In this document: in pieces, positions 18,212-26,853 of the stretch
Position numbering within the stretch: position 1 is the first letter of the stretch
Layout of the letters: each line of letters opens with the position of its first letter
Assembly (NCBI GenBank): GCA_944358225.1
Contig: CALVQP010000001.1
Coordinates: 1 to 38,179, forward strand
From: an uncultured Bacilli bacterium
GTDB lineage: Bacteria; Bacillota_I; Bacilli_A; RF39; UBA660
DNA: 38,179 nucleotides
Reading direction: 5' to 3'
Translations under genes and position numbers: made by a program
Notes under the pieces: generated by a model
Database searches by the model: none
What the model saw: only the letters and a program-made list of their open reading frames with translations
What the model was told of the DNA's origin: nothing

Positions 18212-18880
18212 ATGTTACTTTTTGAAAATGCTAAAGAAAGTTTTGAAGCAGCATCATCAACAATGAATAAATATAATTCAGAAAGTGAATTTTATCATAG
18301 ATTAGCTAAAATGATTCCCGATACAGTTGATGTTGATACACTAGTCTTGGCTTTTAAAATAGCCTTTCAAGATGCCTGTCAAAAACAAGAAGAGTATCTT
18401 TCCTTTATATCACTTGTTCCGCATTATGTTCGCCAATGCACATCTTGGGAATTTGCCCATGAATTTAGAAAAAAGTATAATGCTGAAGTCTTAGGACTAA
18501 CTCAAGAAGAATTGCCTGATGTTGATTATGGCTGTAATGAAGTAGAACCAGATGTCATTGATATATCAAATAAAGATAAAAACGAAGTGCTAGCAGCTTT
18601 ATATAATGCTAGTACACCAATAGGTAAAGGCTTTATGCAGTATAATCCTATGCCTTGGACTAAAGAAATAGCTAGTATGTACTTTGAACAATTAAAACAA
18701 GTAGATAATGACGATGTAATAACACTTAAGTGGGTTATGGGAAGACCGTTAAATTGTAAATTTATAGGGGATCTTGTCTATGTCGCCGGATATAATAACG
18801 ATAATGAATGGGGCTTAGCTCAATTAGTAATATCTACCTGTCCTAATATTGAAAGAATAAAAAAGATAAATAATAAATAA
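18212..18880 (+). CDS. hypothetical protein (222 aa), co-operonic with the 958-aa gene
   Basis: AAGGGGA RBS, starting 12 nt after the upstream stop. The C-terminal half carries conserved-looking LAALYNASTPIGKGFMQYNPM ... WVMGRPLNCKF ... GYNNDNEWGLA, which I cannot assign to a family. Confidence 0.8.
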   Translation: MLLFENAKESFEAASSTMNKYNSESEFYHRLAKMIPDTVDVDTLVLAFKIAFQDACQKQEEYLSFISLVPHYVRQCTSWEFAHEFRKKYNAEVLGLTQEELPDVDYGCNEVEPDVIDISNKDKNEVLAALYNASTPIGKGFMQYNPMPWTKEIASMYFEQLKQVDNDDVITLKWVMGRPLNCKFIGDLVYVAGYNNDNEWGLAQLVISTCPNIERIKKINNK

Positions 18881-18916
18881 TATTTTGAGTTTAGGTAAAA
18901 ATAAAACTTGACAAAG

Positions 18917-18954
18917 AAAAAGTGAAAATGTGTTATCCACAGATTCACTTTTTT
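18917..18954 (+). terminator. intrinsic terminator of the 958/222-aa operon
   Basis: AAAAGTGAA (18918-18926) pairs with TTCACTTTT (18944-18952) and the T-run ends at 18954. The loop is 17 nt. Confidence 0.5.
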
Positions 18955-19194
18955 AACATAAAATAAGGAACCTCCTCTAAAAAAGTATTATAATATACTT
19001 AACAATTTACATAATAAAATATTCATAACTAAACAAAAAATTGGAGCTGTTTTCCTATGAATAATTCTACTACCAATATATATGAAAAGACAAGAAAAAT
19101 TGTAAATTTTTCAATTGAAAAAACCTAAGCTCAAACTAATATACACTTTTAAAATGCCTTAAAAAATATTATAATATGTATAGGAGTTAATATT

Positions 19195-20376
19195 ATGACT
19201 ATTGAAGAAAAAAACAACTATATTGAAGAGTATATAAAAAATATTGCTGAAAAAAATCCTGATATTTTTACCCAAGCAATAATTCAAAGGGTTATTGAAA
19301 AATTTAGAGATAGTGAGGAATCTTTAGAGGAATTAATTTCAAAAATTAACTTAATTGCTAATGAATTTTTAGAGAAAAATATTGAACAAAGAAAATATTT
19401 ACAAATAATGAGCCAGAAATTCAACGATTCGAATTATCAGGTAAAAAATATTATTAGTATTGATATATCGAATTTAGCTTATTCTCAAATGGAAGATTTA
19501 TTTTTTCATTATAGTTGGAAAAAATATTTGGAATTCTATGATAAAAATGGTATGGTTCCAGTTATTGGGGAAAATTCTAAAGGAATAGATCCGGAAACGA
19601 GTATATTTTTTTCGAAAGGTATAGAGGGGGTTCTTGAATTATGGGATGTTTGGCTAAAATGGAGACTAGATAGACAAAATAATCCAAAATATCAAGGAAA
19701 TACACCAGAAGAAATGCAAAGAACTATCAACAGATTTATTTCAGGTGATATAACAGAAGATGAACGCAAAAAATGGTATTATTGGATTGAATTTTTTAAA
19801 GATAAACAATATTTGCAAAATGAAACTATGATGAAAAAATTGTTTGAATATCAATATACTGAAATGATAAATAGTGATTATCTTATAATGGATTTAAAAG
19901 AAAATGAAGAATTTAGATACGACCAAATTGATATAAAAAAATTATGGGTAATACAAGAAGCTAATAAAAATGAAAAAGGTATTAATCCGTTTAGAGCAGC
20001 TATGTATGGAGCATATAGTGACTTTACAACTCCGATTGCTGATAAATGGAATATGCAAACAATTCCGGGTAAAAATATAGTTATTGAGCCAAATAGATTA
20101 AAAAGATTAAGTATTCATGGAAAAACTGATGTTTATTCTATTATTAAATTTATGTATGATAAATATAAAACTGAAATACCAAAAGAACAACAAGTGAAAT
20201 TTGACATTTTAGATGATTATATTAAATATATTGAAGAAAAGAAAAATCTAAGAATAGAAGATGAAATGTTAAGAAAAACTGATGAATTAGAGCAATTGCT
20301 TTCTACTATTGAATCAACTTCTTTATTATCTAGTCAAGAAACATATAGTACGTATAGTCAAAACCCACATAGATAA
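19195..20376 (+). CDS. hypothetical protein (393 aa)
   Basis: TAGGAG RBS and a TATAAT about 20 nt upstream. I recognise no motif. The same frame stays open again from 20389 to 20694 after two stops. Confidence 0.75.
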   Translation: MTIEEKNNYIEEYIKNIAEKNPDIFTQAIIQRVIEKFRDSEESLEELISKINLIANEFLEKNIEQRKYLQIMSQKFNDSNYQVKNIISIDISNLAYSQMEDLFFHYSWKKYLEFYDKNGMVPVIGENSKGIDPETSIFFSKGIEGVLELWDVWLKWRLDRQNNPKYQGNTPEEMQRTINRFISGDITEDERKKWYYWIEFFKDKQYLQNETMMKKLFEYQYTEMINSDYLIMDLKENEEFRYDQIDIKKLWVIQEANKNEKGINPFRAAMYGAYSDFTTPIADKWNMQTIPGKNIVIEPNRLKRLSIHGKTDVYSIIKFMYDKYKTEIPKEQQVKFDILDDYIKYIEEKKNLRIEDEMLRKTDELEQLLSTIESTSLLSSQETYSTYSQNPHR

Positions 20377-20752
20377 AATACACGATGATATAATAAAATT
20401 TTTAATTTTATTACAAGAGCTAACGAATTAGTTGATATAAAAATTAATTTAGAAATAAAAGAACTAAGCAGTGTTGTATCTAATATAAATAATATTGTAA
20501 ATGAAGATAAAACGAAGTACGAAAAAATGTATACTAGCTCAAAAAACGAAATATATTATTGCTTTAAAAATGCGAAAATAGATGAAAAAACTTATAATAT
20601 ATGTATTCAAATATTAAATGATATTTTTAATTTTTATGTTAGTGGCTATCCAACCATATCTGATGAATATCTATACAAAAATGATAATGCATAATAATTA
20701 AAAATTTAGATTATACTTGCATTTTAAACAAAAATATAATAAATAATATTAT

Positions 20753-20780
20753 TTGAATATGTAAAAAAATAAAGTATAAT
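20753..20780 (+). promoter_or_regulatory. sigma-A type promoter of thyX-like/tmk
   Basis: TTGAAT (20753-20758), 16-nt spacer, TATAAT (20775-20780), then AGAGGTG and the ATG at 20801. Confidence 0.55.
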
Positions 20781-20800
20781 AAAAAAAGAGGTGTATTAAT

Positions 20801-22003
20801 ATGGATTATAGTAAGCTTAAAGTTGATATTTTACCCAACCAATTTTTAAATAAAGATGAAACATTTAACAAAGATGAAGCAATTAAACTAGCGGGTAAAA
20901 TAGCGGGAGTATGTTACGACAAAGAGGGATTTGCCCATCTTGAAAACGAAACCGAAGAAAAGACTACGCGTAGAATCAACTTAACATTAAATAATGGGCA
21001 TCATAGTGTTTACGACCATATTACAATCAATTTTAACTTCCAAAATATACCTAAGATTTTAGCGATGGTGCTTAATAATGAACATCAGTATACAGCAAGT
21101 GAAAAATCAGCAAGATATACACCAGTTGTTAGACAAGAAAATTCAATTATAACTGCAGATGAAGAAATATTATATAATAAGTGGATTGACATATTCAAAG
21201 TAAAAATTAAATCACAATATAAAAATATCTATAATGATGCTAAAATTCAAAAATTAGCTCAAGAAAATGCTAGATATTTAGTAACTGTATTTATGCCAAC
21301 TCAAATAATTTATTCAACTTCTTTAAGACAAATCAATTATATTGCTTCTTGGATGCAAGATTACATTCATAATGCTGATATGAACAAAGATTTTAGCATA
21401 AAATTATCATCATCTATGCAACAATTATTAATTCAACTGGAACAATTAAATGTTTTGGAGCCCAGACTTTTTACAAACGATAAAAATCGTACTCTATCAC
21501 TATTTGGCTGTAATTTAGATAAAAAAGAAGAAATTTTTAAAGATGTTTATTCATTTGTTTACAAAGGATCATTTGCCCACCTTGCTCAAGCACATAGACA
21601 TAGAACAATTGCTTATCAAATGGAAATGTTAAATGAAAAAGAGTACTTCATACCACCAATTATTGCTAGTGAGAAAATGTTGGTTGATGAGTGGCTTAAT
21701 GATATGCAAATAGTATCTTCTGTTCATCCGCAAGGAGAACTTGTTAGAATTAGTGAAATGGGTAAATACGAAGACTTTATTTTAAAATGCAAAGAAAGAT
21801 TATGTTCGCAAGCCCAACTTGAGATAATGTACCAAACAAGACAAAACCTTTTAAAATATCAAAAAGCTTTACAAGAAACAAATCATCCACTTGCTAAAGA
21901 TATTGAAAAATATTCCCATGGAGCAAGATGCACTTTTCCTGATTATAATTGCCCATCTGATTGTCAATTTAAAGAAGGAAAGAATTTAACGAGGAGGATA
22001 TGA
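20801..22003 (+). CDS. thyX: long (400 aa) ThyX-family flavin-dependent thymidylate synthase-like protein, internally duplicated
   Basis: The N-half has GHHSVYDH (HxSVxEH-like), ASEKSARY (SxRY) and ENARYLV...SLRQINYI, but NEH in place of RHR. The C-half has FVYKGSFAHLAQAHRHRTIAYQ (RHR at 21596-21604), EYFIPP and CSQAQLEI (AQWEI-like). Confidence 0.7.
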   Translation: MDYSKLKVDILPNQFLNKDETFNKDEAIKLAGKIAGVCYDKEGFAHLENETEEKTTRRINLTLNNGHHSVYDHITINFNFQNIPKILAMVLNNEHQYTASEKSARYTPVVRQENSIITADEEILYNKWIDIFKVKIKSQYKNIYNDAKIQKLAQENARYLVTVFMPTQIIYSTSLRQINYIASWMQDYIHNADMNKDFSIKLSSSMQQLLIQLEQLNVLEPRLFTNDKNRTLSLFGCNLDKKEEIFKDVYSFVYKGSFAHLAQAHRHRTIAYQMEMLNEKEYFIPPIIASEKMLVDEWLNDMQIVSSVHPQGELVRISEMGKYEDFILKCKERLCSQAQLEIMYQTRQNLLKYQKALQETNHPLAKDIEKYSHGARCTFPDYNCPSDCQFKEGKNLTRRI

Positions 22004-22668
22004 AAAAAGGAAAATTAATTGTCATTGAAGGCGCTTGCGATGGAATTGGCAAAACAACCCAATATGAATTATTGCATCAGCATTTTCTAAATGATAGTCA
22101 AGAAATTGCTAATCATCACTTTCCATCTTATCAAACATTTCAAGGGGCACCTGTTGAGAAATATTTACAAGGAGAATTTGGACAACCTAATGAGTTATCT
22201 CCATATTTTATAAATAGTTTGTATGCTACTGATAGAGCAGTTACTTGGTATATGAATTTAAAACAATTATATGAGCAAGGAAAAATTATTTTACTTGATA
22301 GATACACTACTTCTAGTCTAATTTATCAATCAGCATTAATTGAAGATATTACAGAAAAGAAAAAGTTTATTGATTATGTTATTGATTTTGAATATCGAAA
22401 AATTGGTATTAAAGAGCCAGACAAGGTTATTTTTTTACACGCTCCATTTAATTTAGTTACTAAACTGCGAGATGCTAGAAAACAAAATGAGGGAATAGTT
22501 AATGATATTCATGAAAGAAATCTAGATTTTATGGAAATTGTTTATAATAATGCTATGTTTGTAGCCGATTATCTTTCTTGGGATATGATTGCCTGTAATG
22601 ATGGTGAGCAAATGAAAAAAATTGATGATATTCATAATGAAATATATACATTAGTAAAAAATAGGTAG
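22000..22668 (+). CDS. tmk: thymidylate kinase-like nucleoside monophosphate kinase
   Basis: P-loop IVIEGACDGIGKTT (one residue longer than the usual EGxDGxGKxT), FPSY...YL, LYATDR and LLDRYTTSSLIYQ (DRY motif). Its start overlaps the thyX-like stop (ATGA). Confidence 0.75.
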   Translation: MKKGKLIVIEGACDGIGKTTQYELLHQHFLNDSQEIANHHFPSYQTFQGAPVEKYLQGEFGQPNELSPYFINSLYATDRAVTWYMNLKQLYEQGKIILLDRYTTSSLIYQSALIEDITEKKKFIDYVIDFEYRKIGIKEPDKVIFLHAPFNLVTKLRDARKQNEGIVNDIHERNLDFMEIVYNNAMFVADYLSWDMIACNDGEQMKKIDDIHNEIYTLVKNR

Positions 22669-22686
22669 TAACTGCCTATTTTTTGT
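22656..22686. terminator. bidirectional intrinsic terminator between convergent genes
   Basis: AAAAATAGG-TAGTAACTG-CCTATTTTTT, with A/T runs on both sides. Confidence 0.65.
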
Positions 22687-22694
22687 TAACGTCT

Positions 22695-23578
22695 TTAATT
22701 TCTATCAAAAATTATATCATTATCAGTTGGCACTTTAGAAATAAAATCATTTAAAGTAATTAATTTATCAATACTAACTTCCAGTACTCCGTTAGTTGCC
22801 ATCCTTGGTGAACTATCTAAAGAAACTTTGTGTACTCCCAGAAGTTGATTAACTTTTTCAGCATTACAAATTTTAGGAATGAAATATTCTATTCGCACTA
22901 TGTTTTGTTCATTAGTAGTAATTTCCATAGTTAAGGCATGAGCAAAATCTCTAATCATCATAATAACATGATCATCGTTAATACCAATTATATCTGTATA
23001 GCCGCAATCCAATTCTAAAACAAAGTTATCATATATTAAACTTAATAAATTACTTTGTATTCCTCTTGAAACAATTGGATAGTCATACATGTTCTTTTTA
23101 TTATTTAAAACAGGCATATTTCGCAGAATTCCTTCATTATTAATTATATACGAATGGAAAAAATGTAATAATTCATTAATTGTATTTGCACTAGCAATAG
23201 ATTTACTTACATTACCCAAGGTATAACCAACACATTCTTCTTTTACACTACTAATAAACTCTTTACTCATATTACTTATTAGCATTTGATATACTTTTTT
23301 AATTTTATTAAGATCAGTTCCACAATTCATTAATTGATTTAATAAATTACGTTCTAATGTATTTAGTTTATTCAGTAAATCTTCATGTGGTAAAAAATCG
23401 TTTGCTACATTTCTAAACAGAGTGAATATATATTTAACCTCCAAGAAAAGTTTATCTAAATACTTAATAATAGCTTCTTCACAAAAAAAGGTTGCGGGGG
23501 ACAAATATTAATTAATTCTTTTTTTATTTTGGCATCAAGAATAAAAAAACGTTGTAATTTCATCATATTTTTATTCAT
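22695..23578 (-). CDS. hypothetical protein, frame broken at a C5/G5 run (23496-23500)
   Basis: ATG at 23578 with AGGAAG upstream gives MNKNMMKLQRFFILDAKIKKELINICPP. The frame then fails, and the long ORF 22695-23504 continues in the +1 frame (..ATFFCEEAIIKYLDKL..). One extra C would fuse the two. Confidence 0.65.
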
Positions 23579-23696
23579 TAAACACTTCCTATACTAACTA
23601 AATTATAGATAGATGTATGTAAAAATGCTATAATTATTTTATTAAAGTAATAAATTTTTTTATATAATTAATACTAATTTTAAAAGGGAGATGTTT

Positions 23697-24545
23697 ATGC
23701 AATTAAATATTAATGATGAATATAGTAGTTTAAAAACCGTAGTAGTAGCTAGTGGGAACTATTTTAATTCCGAAACTGTTCCTATTAATAACGAAACAAT
23801 TAGACATTATGTAGAAACAAATAATTTGCCTAATAAAGAAATAATTTTAAAAGAACAAAAGGCTTTTTGGGATATTTTAAAAGCCAATGACGTAAAACTT
23901 CTCGTTGCTGATGAAGTAAACGGTGCTAAAGGGCAAATGTTTACTAGAGATTTAGGGTTTGTGATTAAAGATAATTTTTTTATTTCCAATATGAAAAAAG
24001 AAAATCGTCGTCAGGCCATTAAAGGATGGAATAAAATAATTAGTAAAATACCTGAAAAAAACGTTATCAAAGTTCCCGAAAATATCTTTTTAGAGGGTGG
24101 TGACATTTTAGTAGATAACCAAAATATTTATGTTGGCATTAGTCAAAGAACTACCATTTTAAGTGTCGAGTTTTTAAAACAAGTTTTACCTGATACTTAT
24201 AATATTATCCCTATATTTTTACAAGAAGGATTTTTACATTTAGATGTAGTATTTACTATCATAAACCCCCAATTAGCCTTAGTATATAAAGAGGGAATAA
24301 AACCTGAATCTTATAAATTATTAGACAAATTTAAAAAAATAGAAGTAACAAAAGAAGAACAATTAGCTTTAGCTACCAATGTAATTGTTTTAAATCCGCA
24401 AACAATAATTATGAATACTAATCAAAAACGAATAAAGAAGTTACTAACTGATTTAGGATTTAATGTAATAACTACTGATTTAAAAGAAATATCTAAAGCC
24501 GGAGGGGCATTTAGATGTACGACTTGTCCTTTATACCGTCAGTAG
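23697..24545 (+). CDS. amidinotransferase-fold enzyme (dimethylarginine dimethylaminohydrolase / arginine deiminase-like)
   Basis: FTRD, EGGDILV, HLD and the C-terminal GGAFRCTTCPL (catalytic Cys) are typical of guanidino-group-modifying enzymes. I prefer the ATG at 23697 on spacing to AAGGGAG. Confidence 0.7.
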   Translation: MQLNINDEYSSLKTVVVASGNYFNSETVPINNETIRHYVETNNLPNKEIILKEQKAFWDILKANDVKLLVADEVNGAKGQMFTRDLGFVIKDNFFISNMKKENRRQAIKGWNKIISKIPEKNVIKVPENIFLEGGDILVDNQNIYVGISQRTTILSVEFLKQVLPDTYNIIPIFLQEGFLHLDVVFTIINPQLALVYKEGIKPESYKLLDKFKKIEVTKEEQLALATNVIVLNPQTIIMNTNQKRIKKLLTDLGFNVITTDLKEISKAGGAFRCTTCPLYRQ

Positions 24546-24591
24546 CTAGCTAATCAAAATGTGTTATAATAAAGAAGTAATGAGGTGAAGT

Positions 24592-25299
24592 ATGAACAAT
24601 GAGAAAATAGCTAGCATGATCAAAGATATTCGTAAAAAATCTGGTCTTAGTCAACAAAAATTTGCCCAAAAGTATAATGTAACTTATCAAGCTGTTAGTA
24701 AGTGGGAAAATAATAAAAGTATTCCAGATATCTTAATTTTAAGACAAATTTGTGATGATTACGGTATTGATATAAATACTTTACTTCAAAATAGAAAATC
24801 CAAAAAGCATTTCTTAAAATGGCTTACTATCTTAATTTGTTTTTTGATACTATTACTAATAATATTTATAACATTCAAATCAAATGATGAAATTGAGTTT
24901 AAATCCTTAGCACCCGCCTGTCAGGATTTCACTTTAGCGGGAACCTTAGCTTCAACAGATAATAAAACTTACATTCATATTCCTTCTATAAGTTATTGTA
25001 AAGATGATGATAATACCGAATACATATCGATTAAATGTAGTTTATATGAAAATCAGCAAGATATGCAAAAAGAAATAAGTAGTAAAACTTATAATGGAAA
25101 AGGTAAAACACTAGCGGAATTTTTAGATAATATTGAATTTAAAATCGATAATTATGAAAAGTCTTGTGCATCTTATAGCAAAGATAGTCTTTATTTATTA
25201 ATTGAGGCTACTACGCAAAGTGGTAAATTAAATTCTTATAAAGTGCCTTTAGTTCTGAGTGATAATTGCCAAGACGATACTATCTCAACTACCAGTTGA
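24592..25299 (+). CDS. XRE-family HTH regulator with a transmembrane segment and an extracytoplasmic domain
   Basis: The HTH reads IRKKSGLSQQKFAQKYNVTYQAVSKWENNKSIPDI. A TM helix LKWLTILICFLILLLIIFITF follows. Confidence 0.8.
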   Translation: MNNEKIASMIKDIRKKSGLSQQKFAQKYNVTYQAVSKWENNKSIPDILILRQICDDYGIDINTLLQNRKSKKHFLKWLTILICFLILLLIIFITFKSNDEIEFKSLAPACQDFTLAGTLASTDNKTYIHIPSISYCKDDDNTEYISIKCSLYENQQDMQKEISSKTYNGKGKTLAEFLDNIEFKIDNYEKSCASYSKDSLYLLIEATTQSGKLNSYKVPLVLSDNCQDDTISTTS

Positions 25300-25307
25300 G
25301 ATTTTTT
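25283..25307 (+). terminator. intrinsic terminator
   Basis: TCTCAAC-TACCA-GTTGAGA followed by T6. It overlaps the stop codon of the XRE gene. Confidence 0.6.
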
Positions 25308-25371
25308 CAACTACCAGTTTATTTACAATCTTTAAAATAGTAATTAAACTAAAATCATAAGGAGGAAGAAT

Positions 25372-26013
25372 ATGAAAAAAATTATGCTAAGTTTAGCAGC
25401 ACTCTTTTTACTTTGTGGTTGTAGCAATGAATTACCTGCTCCTGAGGTAACAAGTGGTGTAAGAGGAGAGTTTGGAATTGATAAAAATATCAATGAAAAG
25501 ACAATTGATAAGTATTTAAATCGTGAAGATAGTGTTTATATTGATTTAAGAATGCTCAAAGATGAAGCCAATTATGAAGCAATTGGCGGGGATTCTTACT
25601 TATCAGGTATTGTAAATGGTTTTGAAGTTGTCCCTCTTCCTTATATAGTTAATGTTACTAATTTACCAAAAGAAGTTGGAACAACCTATAATAAAGAAAC
25701 TTTATTTACTCAAGATGAAAATGGCAAATATACACCAAATTACGAAGAGTCACTTACGATTTTAGAAGATTTATTCCCTAAAGATAAATACATCTTTTTG
25801 ATGTGTGGGGGAGGAGGATATGCACAAGTGATGAAAACAATGTTAATTGAATTAGGTTGGGATAAAAATAAAATTTACAATGTTGGTGGATATTGGTATT
25901 ATGAAGGAGATAATAATATTCAAATTAAAAGAAAATACAATGAGACCGATGTTTATGATTTTTATAAACTAGCTTATCACAACATTGATTTTACTGCTTT
26001 GCATAAAAAGTAA
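25372..26013 (+). CDS. lipoprotein with a rhodanese-like domain
   Basis: Lipobox LLCGC. IFLMCGGGGYAQVMKTMLIELGW...IYNVGGYWYY resembles the rhodanese active-site loop and its C-terminal GG..W. Confidence 0.5.
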   Translation: MKKIMLSLAALFLLCGCSNELPAPEVTSGVRGEFGIDKNINEKTIDKYLNREDSVYIDLRMLKDEANYEAIGGDSYLSGIVNGFEVVPLPYIVNVTNLPKEVGTTYNKETLFTQDENGKYTPNYEESLTILEDLFPKDKYIFLMCGGGGYAQVMKTMLIELGWDKNKIYNVGGYWYYEGDNNIQIKRKYNETDVYDFYKLAYHNIDFTALHKK

Positions 26014-26853
26014 ATGAAAAAATTTTATTTATTAATTATTCTAATGCTTTTTACGTGTGCTTGTAGTAATTCTAATAATACGTTAAGTAATCATTACTAT
26101 CAAAATGAACAGTTAATAGAAATTGATAACGAGAAACTCGTAGAGTTAGAGCAAAACAAAGAATCATTTGCAGTATTTTTATATACACCAGCCTGTTTGA
26201 CGTCACTAGATTTTAAACAGGTCGTTGAAGAGTTTTTAAAAACCAATAATCTTAGTTTTTATGCAGTATCCAAAGCCGAAACTGATAATACCATACTTTC
26301 TCAGACTGTTAAATATTATCCATCTGTAGTAATATATGATGAAGGAAAAATAACCAAGTACTTACAAGCAGATAGTGATGAAGACTTAAAGTATTATAAA
26401 ACAGCCGAAAACTTAAAAGATTGGTTTTTAAAAGATAGCAATATTACTCTAAAAAAAGAAGAAAGTTCTTCAAAACTTTCTAATATTAACCGTTTTTCTT
26501 CATTAAATGATATCACTTTTTCTGAAGATAAAATAAATATTTATGTTTTTTGGGGTAATGGGTGTCCGCACTGTGAAGAGTTATTTGAATTTTTAGAAGA
26601 GTTAACTACTAAATATACTTATTTTGATATTTATGCTTTTGAAGTTTGGGAAAACGAAGAAAATGGTCTGCTTATGGATAAATTTGCCTCGGCATTACAA
26701 GATGAAGTAGGAAGAAAAGTACCATATTTTATTATAGGAGATGAGTCCTTTAGTGGATTTAATCAGGCTATGCAAGAACAAATCGAAACAACTATTACTG
26801 AAAAATTTAATGCTCGTTACGAATTGCAAACATTCGACTTTCTAAATAGCTAA
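26014..26853 (+). CDS. lipoprotein with two thioredoxin-like halves (CPHC active site in the second)
   Basis: Lipobox FTCAC. The ATG directly abuts the upstream TAA. WGNGCPHCEELFEFL is a thioredoxin CxxC motif. The first half resembles a degenerate thioredoxin fold (FLYTPACLTS). Confidence 0.65.
   Translation: MKKFYLLIILMLFTCACSNSNNTLSNHYYQNEQLIEIDNEKLVELEQNKESFAVFLYTPACLTSLDFKQVVEEFLKTNNLSFYAVSKAETDNTILSQTVKYYPSVVIYDEGKITKYLQADSDEDLKYYKTAENLKDWFLKDSNITLKKEESSSKLSNINRFSSLNDITFSEDKINIYVFWGNGCPHCEELFEFLEELTTKYTYFDIYAFEVWENEENGLLMDKFASALQDEVGRKVPYFIIGDESFSGFNQAMQEQIETTITEKFNARYELQTFDFLNS

Noticed and set aside
18933-18941. Perfect DnaA-box consensus TTATCCACA.
   Set aside because: It is a single copy sitting in the loop of the operon terminator. 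There is no cluster of boxes, no AT-rich unwinding element pattern and no dnaA/dnaN nearby, so it is most likely coincidental.
25282-25320. Direct repeat CAACTACCAGTT occurring twice, 14 nt apart, after the XRE gene.
   Set aside because: The first copy forms part of the terminator hairpin. A 12-bp duplication is short and has no other copies that I noticed, so it is likely a local slippage duplication of no evident function.
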